NCBI GenBank assembly: GCA_030597375.1
Contig: JAUVRX010000002.1
Span: 1,015-65,014 of the forward strand
Reading direction: 5' to 3'
DNA: 64,000 nt
Origin: Acidobacteriota bacterium
Lineage (GTDB): Bacteria > Acidobacteriota > Thermoanaerobaculia > Multivoradales > JAHEKO01
Below, in pieces: positions 35,668-48,401 of this stretch (position 1 is its first letter; each line of letters begins with the position of its first letter). Made by a program: the position numbers and the translations under genes. Below the pieces are notes generated by a model, which was given only the letters and a program-made list of their open reading frames with translations, ran no database searches and was not told where the DNA came from.

Positions 35668-36489
35668 CTATGCTTTCGCTGTAGGCAGGTGTCGTCGCTC
35701 GCTTCGCCACTGCCGAAACAGGAAGAGCGCGAGGAAGAGTACGGTGACGGCTGCTGCCAGGCGCACGATGTTCATGGCCACGGCACTGTACTTGCCAGTT
35801 ATGGGGTCGTAGTGGAAACAGTAGAGCAGCACCTGATCCACCATCGACCCGATCTTGTTGTCGGCAGCCTCGATGAGTCCCAGACGGATGTCACGAGGCA
35901 CATATTCCACACCGTAGTAGTAGCGAGCGACCTGCCCCTCGGGAGTCAGGGCGAGAATTCCTGCGGCGTGGGCAAACTGATCTTCTTCGGGGAGATAGAC
36001 GTAGCGGAATCCGACACTTCGAGTCAGAGCCTGGATCTCCTGCTCGTTGCCGGTCAGGAAGTGCCAACCAGCCTCGGTCTCCGGTCTGTCATAGAGCTCC
36101 AGATAGGTCTGCTTGGCAGTTCGAGCCATCTCAGGAGTCTCACCTGGATCGAAGCTCACCACCAGCACTTCGTATTCGCTGCCAGGATTGAACTTCAGGA
36201 CTCTGAGGCTGGAGATCATGCCGCTGAGCACCATCGAGCAGAGCATGGGGCACTCGTAGTAGACCAGGGCCAGGATCACCGGCCGCTCTCCGAAGTAACG
36301 CTCGAGGGTGACCTCATCGCCGTTCTCATCGGTGAACTGCAGGTCCAGGGGAAGGCTCGCTCCCAGGCGTTGATCGAAACCGACGTCGGCCAAAGGGCCT
36401 GGAAGACCCTCCTGGGAGTAGGTCGCGGGCACCCCGACCATGAGGCCGGCAACCGCCAAAGCGGCAGAGAGATGGGGGCGTCTTCGCAC
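35668..36489 (-). CDS. SCO1/SenC family copper chaperone (thioredoxin fold), with a C-terminal TM segment
   Basis: The sequence contains LALVYYECPMLCSMVLSG (a CxxxC motif). A GTG start at 36489 sits directly after the upstream stop (TGAgGTG). The C-terminal hydrophobic stretch reads VRLAAAVTVLFLALFLF. Confidence 0.85.
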   Translation of the reverse strand: MRRRPHLSAALAVAGLMVGVPATYSQEGLPGPLADVGFDQRLGASLPLDLQFTDENGDEVTLERYFGERPVILALVYYECPMLCSMVLSGMISSLRVLKFNPGSEYEVLVVSFDPGETPEMARTAKQTYLELYDRPETEAGWHFLTGNEQEIQALTRSVGFRYVYLPEEDQFAHAAGILALTPEGQVARYYYGVEYVPRDIRLGLIEAADNKIGSMVDQVLLYCFHYDPITGKYSAVAMNIVRLAAAVTVLFLALFLFRQWRSERRHLPTAKA

Positions 36490-36490
36490 C

Positions 36491-36925
36491 TCAGTTTCCT
36501 GTCGGGGATTCCTCGGATGGCTCCGGGGCTGAAACGGGAGTCGGGAGGCCTTGCTCGACGATGAGGTCCATCGCCTGGTCGATGGGAATGCGTGTGAGAC
36601 CGTTGGTCTCGTCGACCCAACCACGGGTCGACAGGATCTCCTCCTCCGCCGCCCGGAGATCGAGCAGTTGCTGGCGAGGGTCGACCTGCAGGTGGGGTTC
36701 CGGAGGTTGGTAGGGCATCCGCGCCTCTGGCAGGGCCGGCGGCGGCGGATCCTCTGCGGCTAGACGGTCACGGATTCCGAAGCCAATGAACCACACCACG
36801 ACTGCCGCGACCACCAGGATGACCAGCAGGCCCACGGTCAGCCAGGAGAGATCGCGGACGTTCAGCTCGCTGTCGAGGCCCGGTTCATCCTTCGGGCCCG
36901 TGTGGGGGTGCTGCGCTTCAGTCAT
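36491..36925 (-). CDS. Single-pass membrane protein at the ActG position of the ACIII operon (uncharacterised)
   Basis: 144 aa with one TM helix (LSWLTVGLLVILVVAAVVVWFIGF). It has a Pro-rich linker and a C-terminal RGWVDETNGLTRIPIDQAMDLIVEQGLP. Its start overlaps the actF stop. Confidence 0.65.
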   Translation of the reverse strand: MTEAQHPHTGPKDEPGLDSELNVRDLSWLTVGLLVILVVAAVVVWFIGFGIRDRLAAEDPPPPALPEARMPYQPPEPHLQVDPRQQLLDLRAAEEEILSTRGWVDETNGLTRIPIDQAMDLIVEQGLPTPVSAPEPSEESPTGN

Positions 36926-38111
36926 CTGCCAGCGCCTCCTCGAGGTAGGGATCGTTGATCGGCAGCAGCGGGCGACTCCTCAGCTGACCCACGAAGAGGG
37001 CGAACCAGATGCCTCCGATACCGACAACGGTCGCCAGGTCGAGCCAGTGGAACGAGAGTCCCTCATGGCCGAAGGAGGGTGCGGCCAACCAGTAGAGGTC
37101 TACCCAACGCATGAACAGAACCAGCACGGCGACCTTCGACAGCAGCTTGGCGTTGCGTTTCAGATCCCTCGAGAGCAGCAGTAGGAACGGCAGCAGGAAA
37201 TGGAAGAGGGCCAGCAGGATCGAGACGTACTTCCAGATGCCGTGACTCCGTTCCAGATACCAGCCCACTTCTTCCGGCAGATTGCCGGACCAGATGATGA
37301 GTAGCTGGGAAAAGGCGATGTAGGCCCAGATCATGACAAAAGCCAGCATCAGCTTGCCGTAATCGTGAAAATGGAGCGGTGTGAACAGACTGTCCATGGG
37401 CTGCCGCTGCGACAGGTAGACCGCGATGACGATGAGAAACGCCAGGGCCGAGAGGCCTTGCCCGACAAAGAAGTAGACGCCGAACAGGCTCGAGTACCAG
37501 TGCGGATCGAGCGACATGAGCCAGTCCACAGAAGCGAAGGTTGCCAGCAGGCAGTAGATCGCGAGGCCGGGGGCTGCCACGGCCTGCATGCGCCGGATCA
37601 GGCCAGGATCTGCGGTGCGATCCTGCCTGAGGGAGAGCCAGCTCAAGATGAAGGCGAACAGAGACCAGATGGCCAGGTAGAAGAAGCCCCGAAGGGTGAA
37701 AGCCGCCGGATTCAGGTAGGCTGCCTTCTGTTGAATCAACTCGTCGGTGGCGGCCTCGGGTCGGGCCCATGGAAAGATCTCTTGCATCCCCAGGAGGATG
37801 GGCAGGAACAGGATTGCCAGGGCGGGTAGTGTTCGTGTTGCCGCCTCGAGGGTTCGGCGAACCATCAGGCCCCAGGCCCCCCCTGTCAGGTGGTGGAGCA
37901 TCAGGATGGCCAAGGAGCCGAGAGCGATACCCAACCAGAACAGCCATGCGACCAGATAGGAGTGGAAGAACTGATTGGAGTCCAGAATCCATCCGACCAG
38001 ACAAGCCGCCACTCCCACGGCGCCGAGGGTCCACCCATGCCGTTGCAGCCTCTCGAGATCGCTCGGTGGCTCGTACGGGTTGCTGTGTGCGTTGCTGTGT
38101 GGAGCGCTCAT
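36918..38111 (-). CDS. actF: Alternative complex III subunit ActF (NrfD-like membrane subunit)
   Basis: The ATG at 38111 overlaps the actE stop (ATGA). The protein is polytopic, a paralog of ActC, and in the expected operon position. Confidence 0.85.
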   Translation of the reverse strand: MSAPHSNAHSNPYEPPSDLERLQRHGWTLGAVGVAACLVGWILDSNQFFHSYLVAWLFWLGIALGSLAILMLHHLTGGAWGLMVRRTLEAATRTLPALAILFLPILLGMQEIFPWARPEAATDELIQQKAAYLNPAAFTLRGFFYLAIWSLFAFILSWLSLRQDRTADPGLIRRMQAVAAPGLAIYCLLATFASVDWLMSLDPHWYSSLFGVYFFVGQGLSALAFLIVIAVYLSQRQPMDSLFTPLHFHDYGKLMLAFVMIWAYIAFSQLLIIWSGNLPEEVGWYLERSHGIWKYVSILLALFHFLLPFLLLLSRDLKRNAKLLSKVAVLVLFMRWVDLYWLAAPSFGHEGLSFHWLDLATVVGIGGIWFALFVGQLRSRPLLPINDPYLEEALADD

Positions 38112-38698
38112 TCCTCTCCGGCCCTCGGATGCGCCTCGGCGCTGCCGACTATCGAATCGTCCAACTGCTGCCGTTCCTCGGCCGAGAGTCTGTCGACCGG
38201 TATGTTGTGGCTGAGCTGCAGAGCGGAAATGTAGGCAGCTATGGCCCACCGGTCCTGTGGTGGGACTTGCGAGGCGTAGCTCGACATCTGACCGAAGCCG
38301 TTGGACATGACATGGAAGAAGTAGCCGACAGGGCTCTCACGGAGTCGTTGGTCGTGGAAGGAGGTCGGTTGCTTGAAGCCCCGTCGTACGATCATTCCCA
38401 GGCCGTCGCCGGTCTGACCGTGACAGGGTGAGCAGAAGGCGTTGAAGCGGGTCCGGCCTCGATCGAGCAGCTCACGATCCAGTGGCATGGGCAGCTCGGT
38501 AACGAACTCGTCGTTCGGCGTGCGGCCGGTGTAGAAGGCGGTCTTCTCGATCGGCATCTCCCGGGCGACCGTGCCTTCCACGAGAGGCCGGGAGGACATG
38601 CCGTTGTCGAAGAACGAGCTCGCTTCCAACGGCTCGTACCTCGGCTGATCGTGCATGTCCTGACGGCACGCCCCGGCCGACAGAGCCACTGCCAGCAT
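38108..38698 (-). CDS. actE: Alternative complex III subunit ActE (monoheme cytochrome c, lipoprotein-like)
   Basis: It has a single CSPCH heme motif and an N-terminal MLAVALSAGAC lipobox. An alternative TTG start at 38728 would add a charged n-region. Confidence 0.85.
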   Translation of the reverse strand: MLAVALSAGACRQDMHDQPRYEPLEASSFFDNGMSSRPLVEGTVAREMPIEKTAFYTGRTPNDEFVTELPMPLDRELLDRGRTRFNAFCSPCHGQTGDGLGMIVRRGFKQPTSFHDQRLRESPVGYFFHVMSNGFGQMSSYASQVPPQDRWAIAAYISALQLSHNIPVDRLSAEERQQLDDSIVGSAEAHPRAGEE

Positions 38699-38717
38699 CA
38701 GCAAGGCCGTAGTCGGG

Positions 38718-39262
38718 CTAGCTCGCAACTTCCGATACCTCCTGAGGTGCGAGTCGATGCAGGAACTCCGCCGTTTCGCGGCGGTCGAATTGTGGATCCC
38801 ACCGACCGATGGCCAGAAAATAGCGACCCCGCGATGCCAGAGCGAAGCGCTCGACGTTGAACACCGGATGGTAGGGCATGGGCAGCTTGTTGAGGGCAAA
38901 CATGCCCAGGACTGCGGCTCCAGCCGCGAACAGAATGGTGGTCTCGAAGGTGACAGGAATGAAGGCGATCCAGCTGTTGAGTGGTCTGCCGCCGACGTTC
39001 ATCGGGTAGTTGATCACCGAGACCCAGTACTGTAGCAAGGATCCGAAGAGGGCCCCGAAGATGCCGCCGATGAGGACGATGAGCGGCAGCCAGGAGCGAT
39101 GGTGTCCGAGCTCCTCCCAGACCTCCTCGATCGGATAGGGGGTGTAGGCCTCCAACTGGGTATATCCGGCCCCTCGAGCCTGGCGAATCGCCCGGATCAG
39201 CTCCTTGGAAGAGCGGAACTCGGCCATCAGGGCGAATGGCCCCTTGCTGGGGGGAGGTGTGC

Positions 39263-39266
<4 letters not shown>
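38718..39266 (-). CDS. actD: Alternative complex III subunit ActD (DUF3341 membrane protein)
   Basis: 182 aa. It begins [39 protein letters not shown], followed by two TM helices. It overlaps actC by 4 nt. Confidence 0.85.
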
Positions 39267-43739
<4,473 letters not shown>

Positions 43740-43765
43740 TCTCTACAGTGCCTTCGAGTCTTCGA

Positions 43766-44413
43766 CTATCGATGGCAGACAGAGCAGCTCATCATGCTCT
43801 GAATGTCGTACTGCTCGACGAGTTTGGCTCCGAGGGCAGCTTGATCCTCGGCTTCCCATTCCATGTTGTAGATTTCGCTTCTCGGCCGGACGAAGTCCTG
43901 AGGCGCACGATGGCACTCCAGGCACCACTCCATCTGCAGGGAGACGGCTTGCTTCATGAGTGGCATCTTGTCGACCCGACCATGGCAGGTCACGCAGCCC
44001 ACTCCCTTGGCGATGTGGATGCTGTGATTGAAGTAGACGAAGTCGGGCAGATCATGGACCCTCGCCCACTGGATCGGCTCTCCGCTGCGAAAGCTGGCCC
44101 GTACCGGCTCCAGCATGGGACTGTCGTTCCAGATCAACTTGTGGCAGTTCATACAGGTGGCGGTTGGCGGCACTCCTGCAAACGCCGAATCCTCGGCGGA
44201 GGTATGGCAGTACAGACAGCTGATTCCCATCGCCTCGGTATGGTGGTCGTGGCTGAACGGGACCGGTTGCATTCGGACTATGGTCTGTCGTGTGGCGTAG
44301 GCCGATCGATTGAGACTCACCAGGATCCAGACCGACACGAGCGCAAAGAAGAGGGCGCCAAAGAGAGTGACCCTGGCCAGCGTGTTGGTGCTGGGCTTGA
44401 AGATCTGTGACAT
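43766..44413 (-). CDS. actA: Alternative complex III subunit ActA (membrane-anchored pentaheme cytochrome c)
   Basis: It has an N-terminal TM helix and five CxxCH motifs: CLYCH, CMNCH, CVTCH, CLECH and CSVCH. Confidence 0.92.
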   Translation of the reverse strand: MSQIFKPSTNTLARVTLFGALFFALVSVWILVSLNRSAYATRQTIVRMQPVPFSHDHHTEAMGISCLYCHTSAEDSAFAGVPPTATCMNCHKLIWNDSPMLEPVRASFRSGEPIQWARVHDLPDFVYFNHSIHIAKGVGCVTCHGRVDKMPLMKQAVSLQMEWCLECHRAPQDFVRPRSEIYNMEWEAEDQAALGAKLVEQYDIQSMMSCSVCHR

Positions 44414-44508
44414 CTGGGTTCCTCAACCGCCTCCGGGCGGGCCGCAGGATAACCAACCGGCACGGATATCTGCAAGCCGTCCGAAAGCGCCCTCCAAGAG
44501 GTCCTGAA

Positions 44509-44536
44509 AGGATACTCATGTAGAAACCCGTGTCAA
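44509..44536 (-). promoter_or_regulatory. Candidate sigma-70 promoter of the act-sco-cta operon (overlaps a weak hairpin)
   Basis: The minus strand reads TTGACA (44536-44531), a 16-nt spacer, then TATCCT (44514-44509). This is about 95 nt upstream of the actA ATG. The TTGACA lies in the loop of ACCCG/CGGGT, which is followed by TTTCT and could instead act as the pilin-gene terminator. Confidence 0.3.
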
Positions 44537-44624
44537 GACGGGTCGGGATAGAACCCTGGAGGTTCAGGAAGAGAGATTGTTCGGCAGCTTCGAAGGCGTG
44601 GCGCCGGTCAGCGGGGACGGGCTT

Positions 44625-45161
44625 CTAGTCCGTTTTGGCACCGGCAGGGTACCGGATGAAATAGCCGTCCGCCCAGACGATGTCCTCTTCGTAGGAAGTC
44701 GTCAAGAACGGCCCCGTCGTGTAGGGATTGGTGGAGGGCCCCTCTGTGCCGTCGCGGCCGAAACTGCGGATCCCGAGGACATGGGCTGAGAGTGCGTCTC
44801 CCGACCAGGCGTACTCCAGGTCGTACCCCCACCCATCGCTCTCGGGTACCTCTCGCGTGTAGAACATCGTGCTGCTGACGTAGAGGGTCGACATGAGATC
44901 GTCGGCCGTGAGGATCTCAGAGAGCTCGTTGAAATCGAAGGTCTGCGAAGAGCCGGCGGCCGCGGCTGAAACCTGGTCGGTGAGCCACGAGAACCAGGCC
45001 GAACCGGTGTCGCGTATGTCGGCCATGGTCCTCTTCTGTTGCGATTTCTGGAGAGCGTCGAGCAGGTTGGGAATCAGAATGGCGGCCACGATGCCGATGA
45101 TGGCCACCACGATCAGAAGCTCGATGAGGGTGAATCCTCGTGAGGAGTGACGATAGCGCAT
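44625..45161 (-). CDS. Prepilin-type N-terminal cleavage/methylation domain protein (type IV pilin or T2SS pseudopilin-like), orphan
   Basis: The sequence begins MRYRHSSRGFTLIELLIVVAIIGIVAAILIPNL, the class III signal (G/FTLIE). No pilus or secretion genes are nearby. Confidence 0.88.
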   Translation of the reverse strand: MRYRHSSRGFTLIELLIVVAIIGIVAAILIPNLLDALQKSQQKRTMADIRDTGSAWFSWLTDQVSAAAAGSSQTFDFNELSEILTADDLMSTLYVSSTMFYTREVPESDGWGYDLEYAWSGDALSAHVLGIRSFGRDGTEGPSTNPYTTGPFLTTSYEEDIVWADGYFIRYPAGAKTD

Positions 45162-45233
45162 ATCGGGTACCTCGGGCCTGAAGCTCCGGTCGATGGACTC
45201 CAGCGCCGGCTCTCGTAGTCTCGAGAGAGTTCT

Positions 45234-45249
45234 TGCAGCCAGCGTGCCA
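45234..45249 (-). promoter_or_regulatory. Candidate sigma-54 (-24/-12) promoter upstream of the pilin gene
   Basis: The minus strand reads T-TGGCACG-CTGG-CTGCA-A, compared with the consensus YTGGCACGrNNNTTGCW, with canonical spacing. It lies about 75 nt upstream of the pilin ATG at 45161. Confidence 0.45.
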
Positions 45250-45299
45250 ACCTCGGAGTGGCCAGTGCGTGCTGTTCGACGGCTTCCGCCCGGTTCGGG

Positions 45300-45327
45300 C
45301 TGACAAAATTTGTCATGAGATTGTCAT
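45300..45327. promoter_or_regulatory. AT-rich operator-like element: 7-bp palindrome plus TTGTCAT-N4-TTGTCAT direct repeat (Pho-box-like)
   Basis: The palindrome is TGACAAA-A-TTTGTCA (45301-45315). The direct repeats TTGTCAT (45310-45316) and TTGTCAT (45321-45327) are 11 bp apart. The element lies in the divergent pilin/HEAT intergenic region. Confidence 0.4.
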
Positions 45328-45397
45328 CGGTAGGCGAAAGAGCAGGAGCCTCGATCGATGTTCGTCAATCGAGAAGAACGCGGTAAGCTCCGCGGAG

Positions 45398-46267
45398 ATG
45401 AACGAAAGAGATCCTCAACTTCCAGTCCAGCAGGAGAGCGGGGACGGCCCACTCAGGACTTTCATCGGACTCTTCCTGGTACCTCTGCTGGTGGTCCTGA
45501 TCTGCGTAGCCGTGTTCGTCGGCTTCGGTTGGATCGCCTACGACCACAACTCTGCCGAAGATTATTTGAATGACCTGAAGTCGGGCTGGCGGCCACGACG
45601 AGCCCAGGCGGCCTACGAGCTGTCGAAGGTGTTGGTGGCCGACCCTCACGCGTTGGACGAGGTTCCGGGTGCCAAGGAAGAAGTGCGGCGTCTCTTCAGC
45701 GAGAGTGAGGACGCGGAGATGCAGCGTTACCTGGCGCTGATCATGGGCTACACGCAAGACCCCGCGGCGCTACCGATCCTCGAGGAGGCGCTGAACGACC
45801 CGGACTCCGAAACCAGGATCTACGCTCTCTGGGCTCTGGGGACATTGGGTGACCCCGGCGCTGTCCCTGCCCTGAGCAGGGCCTTGCAGGATCCCGATCC
45901 GGGCATTCGCAAGACGGCCGCGTTCAGCCTGGGAGAGCTTGGGCTGGCCGCTGGGGTCGACCCGCTGATGCCGCTGCTCGAAGACGGGGTCGCCGATGTG
46001 CGATGGAATGCGGCACTCTCGCTGAGTCGTCTGGGTAGCCCCGCCGGTGTACCCGTACTGGAACAGATGCTGGACCGGAGCCTGATGGCACAGGTCCCCG
46101 GAATCACACCGGCCCAGGAAGAAGATGCGATGGTCAGTGCCGTGCAGGCTCTCGGAGCTGCCGAGGGCATCGAGGCCTGGGATCTGCTGGAGGATCTGGC
46201 CCAGAATGATCCCAGCCTCAAAGTGCGACGAGCCGCCCTCGCTGTGCTCGGTGCACGAGGGGAGTAG
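45398..46267 (+). CDS. Membrane-anchored HEAT-repeat protein
   Basis: The ATG at 45398 is in frame in the 45233-46267 ORF. It has an N-terminal TM helix (FIGLFLVPLLVVLICVAVFVGFGWIAY). The PBS-lyase/HEAT-like units repeat: LNDPDSETRIYALWALGTLGDPGAVPAL, LQDPDPGIRKTAAFSLGELG, LEDGVADVRWNAALSLSRLGSPAGVPVL. Confidence 0.8.
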   Translation: MNERDPQLPVQQESGDGPLRTFIGLFLVPLLVVLICVAVFVGFGWIAYDHNSAEDYLNDLKSGWRPRRAQAAYELSKVLVADPHALDEVPGAKEEVRRLFSESEDAEMQRYLALIMGYTQDPAALPILEEALNDPDSETRIYALWALGTLGDPGAVPALSRALQDPDPGIRKTAAFSLGELGLAAGVDPLMPLLEDGVADVRWNAALSLSRLGSPAGVPVLEQMLDRSLMAQVPGITPAQEEDAMVSAVQALGAAEGIEAWDLLEDLAQNDPSLKVRRAALAVLGARGE

Positions 46268-46302
46268 GCCGCGTCCAAGCAAGGACTAGGATCACCTGCG
46301 GG

Positions 46303-47007
46303 GTGATGTGGAGGACAGTGGCACCCAAGGTCCAGGATCTGTTGCTCGAAGTCGCTCTCTACCGCCAGTTGTCGGTCGAGGACCGCGAGCATCTCGCGGC
46401 TGCCGCCACGGTCGAAGAGTTCGACAAAGGAGAGGTCGTCTTTCACGAAGGCGATCCAGCCGAGGACTTCTTCACTCTGGTTCGCGGTCATGTCAAGGTC
46501 TACAAAGTGATGCCGAACGGTCGGGTCGTGATCCTCGAGATCCTGGGCCCAGGCGACCCGGTCGGCGCAGTAGCCGCCTATGAGGAGATTGCCTATCCGG
46601 CAACCGCGGCGGCGATGGAAAAGACTCTCTGCATCAGAGTTCCGAAGGAGCCGTTCTTCCAATTGCTGGTGAGCCGCCCTTCTCTGGCCCGGGGGCTGCT
46701 GCAGGCCATGACTCACCGAATCGTCGTCCTGGCCAACCGGTTCGCGGATCACGCGGTAGGCAAGGTGGAGACACGTTTCGCACGCCTCTTTCTCAAGCTC
46801 GCAGCCGAGATGGGCCAGCCTGGGGCAGAGGGAGTCTTCATCCCCATGACTCTGTCGAGGCAGGAGTTGGCCGATCTCATGGGTACCACCGTCGAGACCG
46901 CGATTCGTATCATGAGCCGGTGGGGAAAAGAGGGCGTCGTTGCTACGGACAAGAACGGCTTCCTGGTAACCGACCGGAAGGCGCTGGAGCTTCTCGCTGC
47001 TGATTGA
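46303..47007 (+). CDS. Crp/Fnr family transcriptional regulator (no N-terminal Cys cluster)
   Basis: It has a cNMP-binding-like beta-roll (FDKGEVVFHEGDPAEDFFTLVRGHVKVYK) and a C-terminal HTH (LSRQELADLMGTTVETAIRIMSRWGKEGVV). GTG at 46303 or ATG at 46306. Confidence 0.88.
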   Translation: MMWRTVAPKVQDLLLEVALYRQLSVEDREHLAAAATVEEFDKGEVVFHEGDPAEDFFTLVRGHVKVYKVMPNGRVVILEILGPGDPVGAVAAYEEIAYPATAAAMEKTLCIRVPKEPFFQLLVSRPSLARGLLQAMTHRIVVLANRFADHAVGKVETRFARLFLKLAAEMGQPGAEGVFIPMTLSRQELADLMGTTVETAIRIMSRWGKEGVVATDKNGFLVTDRKALELLAAD

Positions 47008-47094
47008 GGAGCAGAGAGCCATCGGCCTCGCGTACCCTTGATGGAGCCGATCGTACGTACCTGGCCAGAATTGGCCCAAGCGGAGAGTGCGCTC

Positions 47095-47472
47095 ATGAAA
47101 GGAAGACCCAAGTTGAATGCCCAGTCTGCCCTGCTGTCGATCGCTGGAGCCGTCATCCTGCTCGCGGGCTGCGGCCCCTCCAGCGAGCCGAACGCTGCAG
47201 CTGCTGCGAAAGGGCGTCAGCACTACCTGGCCACCTGTGCCCTCTGCCATGGAGCCGCAGGTGAGGGCAAGGCCAGGCTCGGCAAGACGCTGCAGGACAA
47301 CTCCTTTGTCGAAAGCCTCAGCGACGAGGAGTTGGTGGAGTTTCTCAAGGAGGGCCGACCGGCCTGGGACCCCTCGAACGAGCGCGGCATCGACATGCCG
47401 CCGAAAGGGGGAGACCCTACCCTTACCGACGACAGCCTGATGGAGATCGTGGCCTACCTGAGAACGTTGTGA
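47095..47472 (+). CDS. Class I c-type cytochrome, lipoprotein-like
   Basis: The ATG at 47095 gives MKGRPKLNAQSALLSIAGAVILLAGC (a lipobox). There is a single CALCH motif and a distal MPPKG methionine context. Confidence 0.82.
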   Translation: MKGRPKLNAQSALLSIAGAVILLAGCGPSSEPNAAAAAKGRQHYLATCALCHGAAGEGKARLGKTLQDNSFVESLSDEELVEFLKEGRPAWDPSNERGIDMPPKGGDPTLTDDSLMEIVAYLRTL

Positions 47473-47515
47473 GAGATGACGTAGAGCCACTCCTGTCTCC
47501 CGGATCGAGGATCGA

Positions 47516-48280
47516 ATGCAGAGTGAGAAGGACAAGTACTCGCGACTCGAGTATCGGCGCCTCATAGCCTGGCCCAGTCGGATCGAGCGTGAAGCGGACC
47601 TTCTCGGGCGGGTCCTGAGCTCGGGTCCCTCGAACCGCGTGCTGGATCTGGGATGCGGCACCGGTGAGCACTCCCGGTATCTGGCGCAGGAGGGCTATCG
47701 TGTCGTCGGCGTCGATTCCTCCGAGTCGATGATCGCAACGGCGCGAGAGGCCCCGCCGTCGGCCGGACTCGAGTTTCTGCAGGCAGATCTCCGTGACTTG
47801 AAGAGTCTGCTGGTGGGATCCTTCGGTGGAGCGATCTGTCTCGGCAACACCCTGCCACACCTGCTTGCCGATGAGAGTCTCGGGCAGTTTCTCTCCGGGC
47901 TTCGAGCCCATCTCGCCGATGGCGCGCCTTTTCTCCTCCAGTTGCTCAACTACGAGAGGATCTTCAGCCGGCAGGAGAGGTACCTGCCCGTGAACTTCCG
48001 GCCTGATGAGGCGGGTGAGATCGTTTTTCTGAGACTGATGAATCTGCACCCGGATGGCAGTGTCACCTTTTTTCCTTCGACACTTCTCCTGAGGCCTGGA
48101 CACGAGCCGCCACTGGAGATCAGGGCTTCGAAGGAGGTGCGGCTCCGGGGGTGGCGTCCGGAGGAGCTCGAGAGGCATCTCGAGGCGGCCGGATTTCGGG
48201 TCCTGGAGCGCCTGGGTGCCTTCGACGGAAGTGCCTTCGATGTGGCCGACTCGAGGGACCTCATCGTGGTCGCACGCTGA
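47516..48280 (+). CDS. Class I SAM-dependent methyltransferase
   Basis: Motif I reads VLDLGCGTGEHSRYLAQEGYRVVGVDSSESMI. The substrate is unknown. Confidence 0.8.
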   Translation: MQSEKDKYSRLEYRRLIAWPSRIEREADLLGRVLSSGPSNRVLDLGCGTGEHSRYLAQEGYRVVGVDSSESMIATAREAPPSAGLEFLQADLRDLKSLLVGSFGGAICLGNTLPHLLADESLGQFLSGLRAHLADGAPFLLQLLNYERIFSRQERYLPVNFRPDEAGEIVFLRLMNLHPDGSVTFFPSTLLLRPGHEPPLEIRASKEVRLRGWRPEELERHLEAAGFRVLERLGAFDGSAFDVADSRDLIVVAR

Positions 48281-48300
48281 GCCGGGCGCCGCCCCACCCC

Positions 48301-48334
48301 TTGACACCTCGACGAGCTTGCACTAAAAAGTGCA
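48301..48334 (+). promoter_or_regulatory. Candidate sigma-70 promoter of the Rieske/cyt b operon with an overlapping inverted repeat
   Basis: TTGACA (48301-48306), a 17-nt spacer, then TAAAAA (48324-48329). The inverted repeat TGCAC-TAAAAA-GTGCA (48319-48334) straddles the -10. The element lies about 70 nt upstream of the Rieske ATG. Confidence 0.4.
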
Positions 48335-48401
48335 GACCAGATACCGATTCGAGGACGAGAAAGCCGCGCCACCCACAAGGCGCAAGGCGTCTCTCTAGAG
48401 G

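Noticed and set aside
44458-44474. The sigma-54-like string CGGCACGGATATCTGCA in the actA/pilin intergenic region.
   Set aside because: The GG-to-GC spacing is one nucleotide too long. It is also on the plus strand, pointing into the 3' end of the pilin gene with nothing to transcribe.
45252-45267. The sequence TGGCCAGTGCGTGCTG, considered as a plus-strand sigma-54 element for the HEAT gene.
   Set aside because: The GC of the -12 element is displaced by one nucleotide relative to the GG, so the spacing is non-canonical.
45820-47661. A 613-aa minus-strand ORF spanning the HEAT, Crp/Fnr, cytochrome c and methyltransferase loci.
   Set aside because: It is antisense to four plus-strand genes that have clear family motifs. 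Its translation is R/S/A/G/P-rich low complexity. Long stop-free antisense frames are expected in GC-rich DNA.
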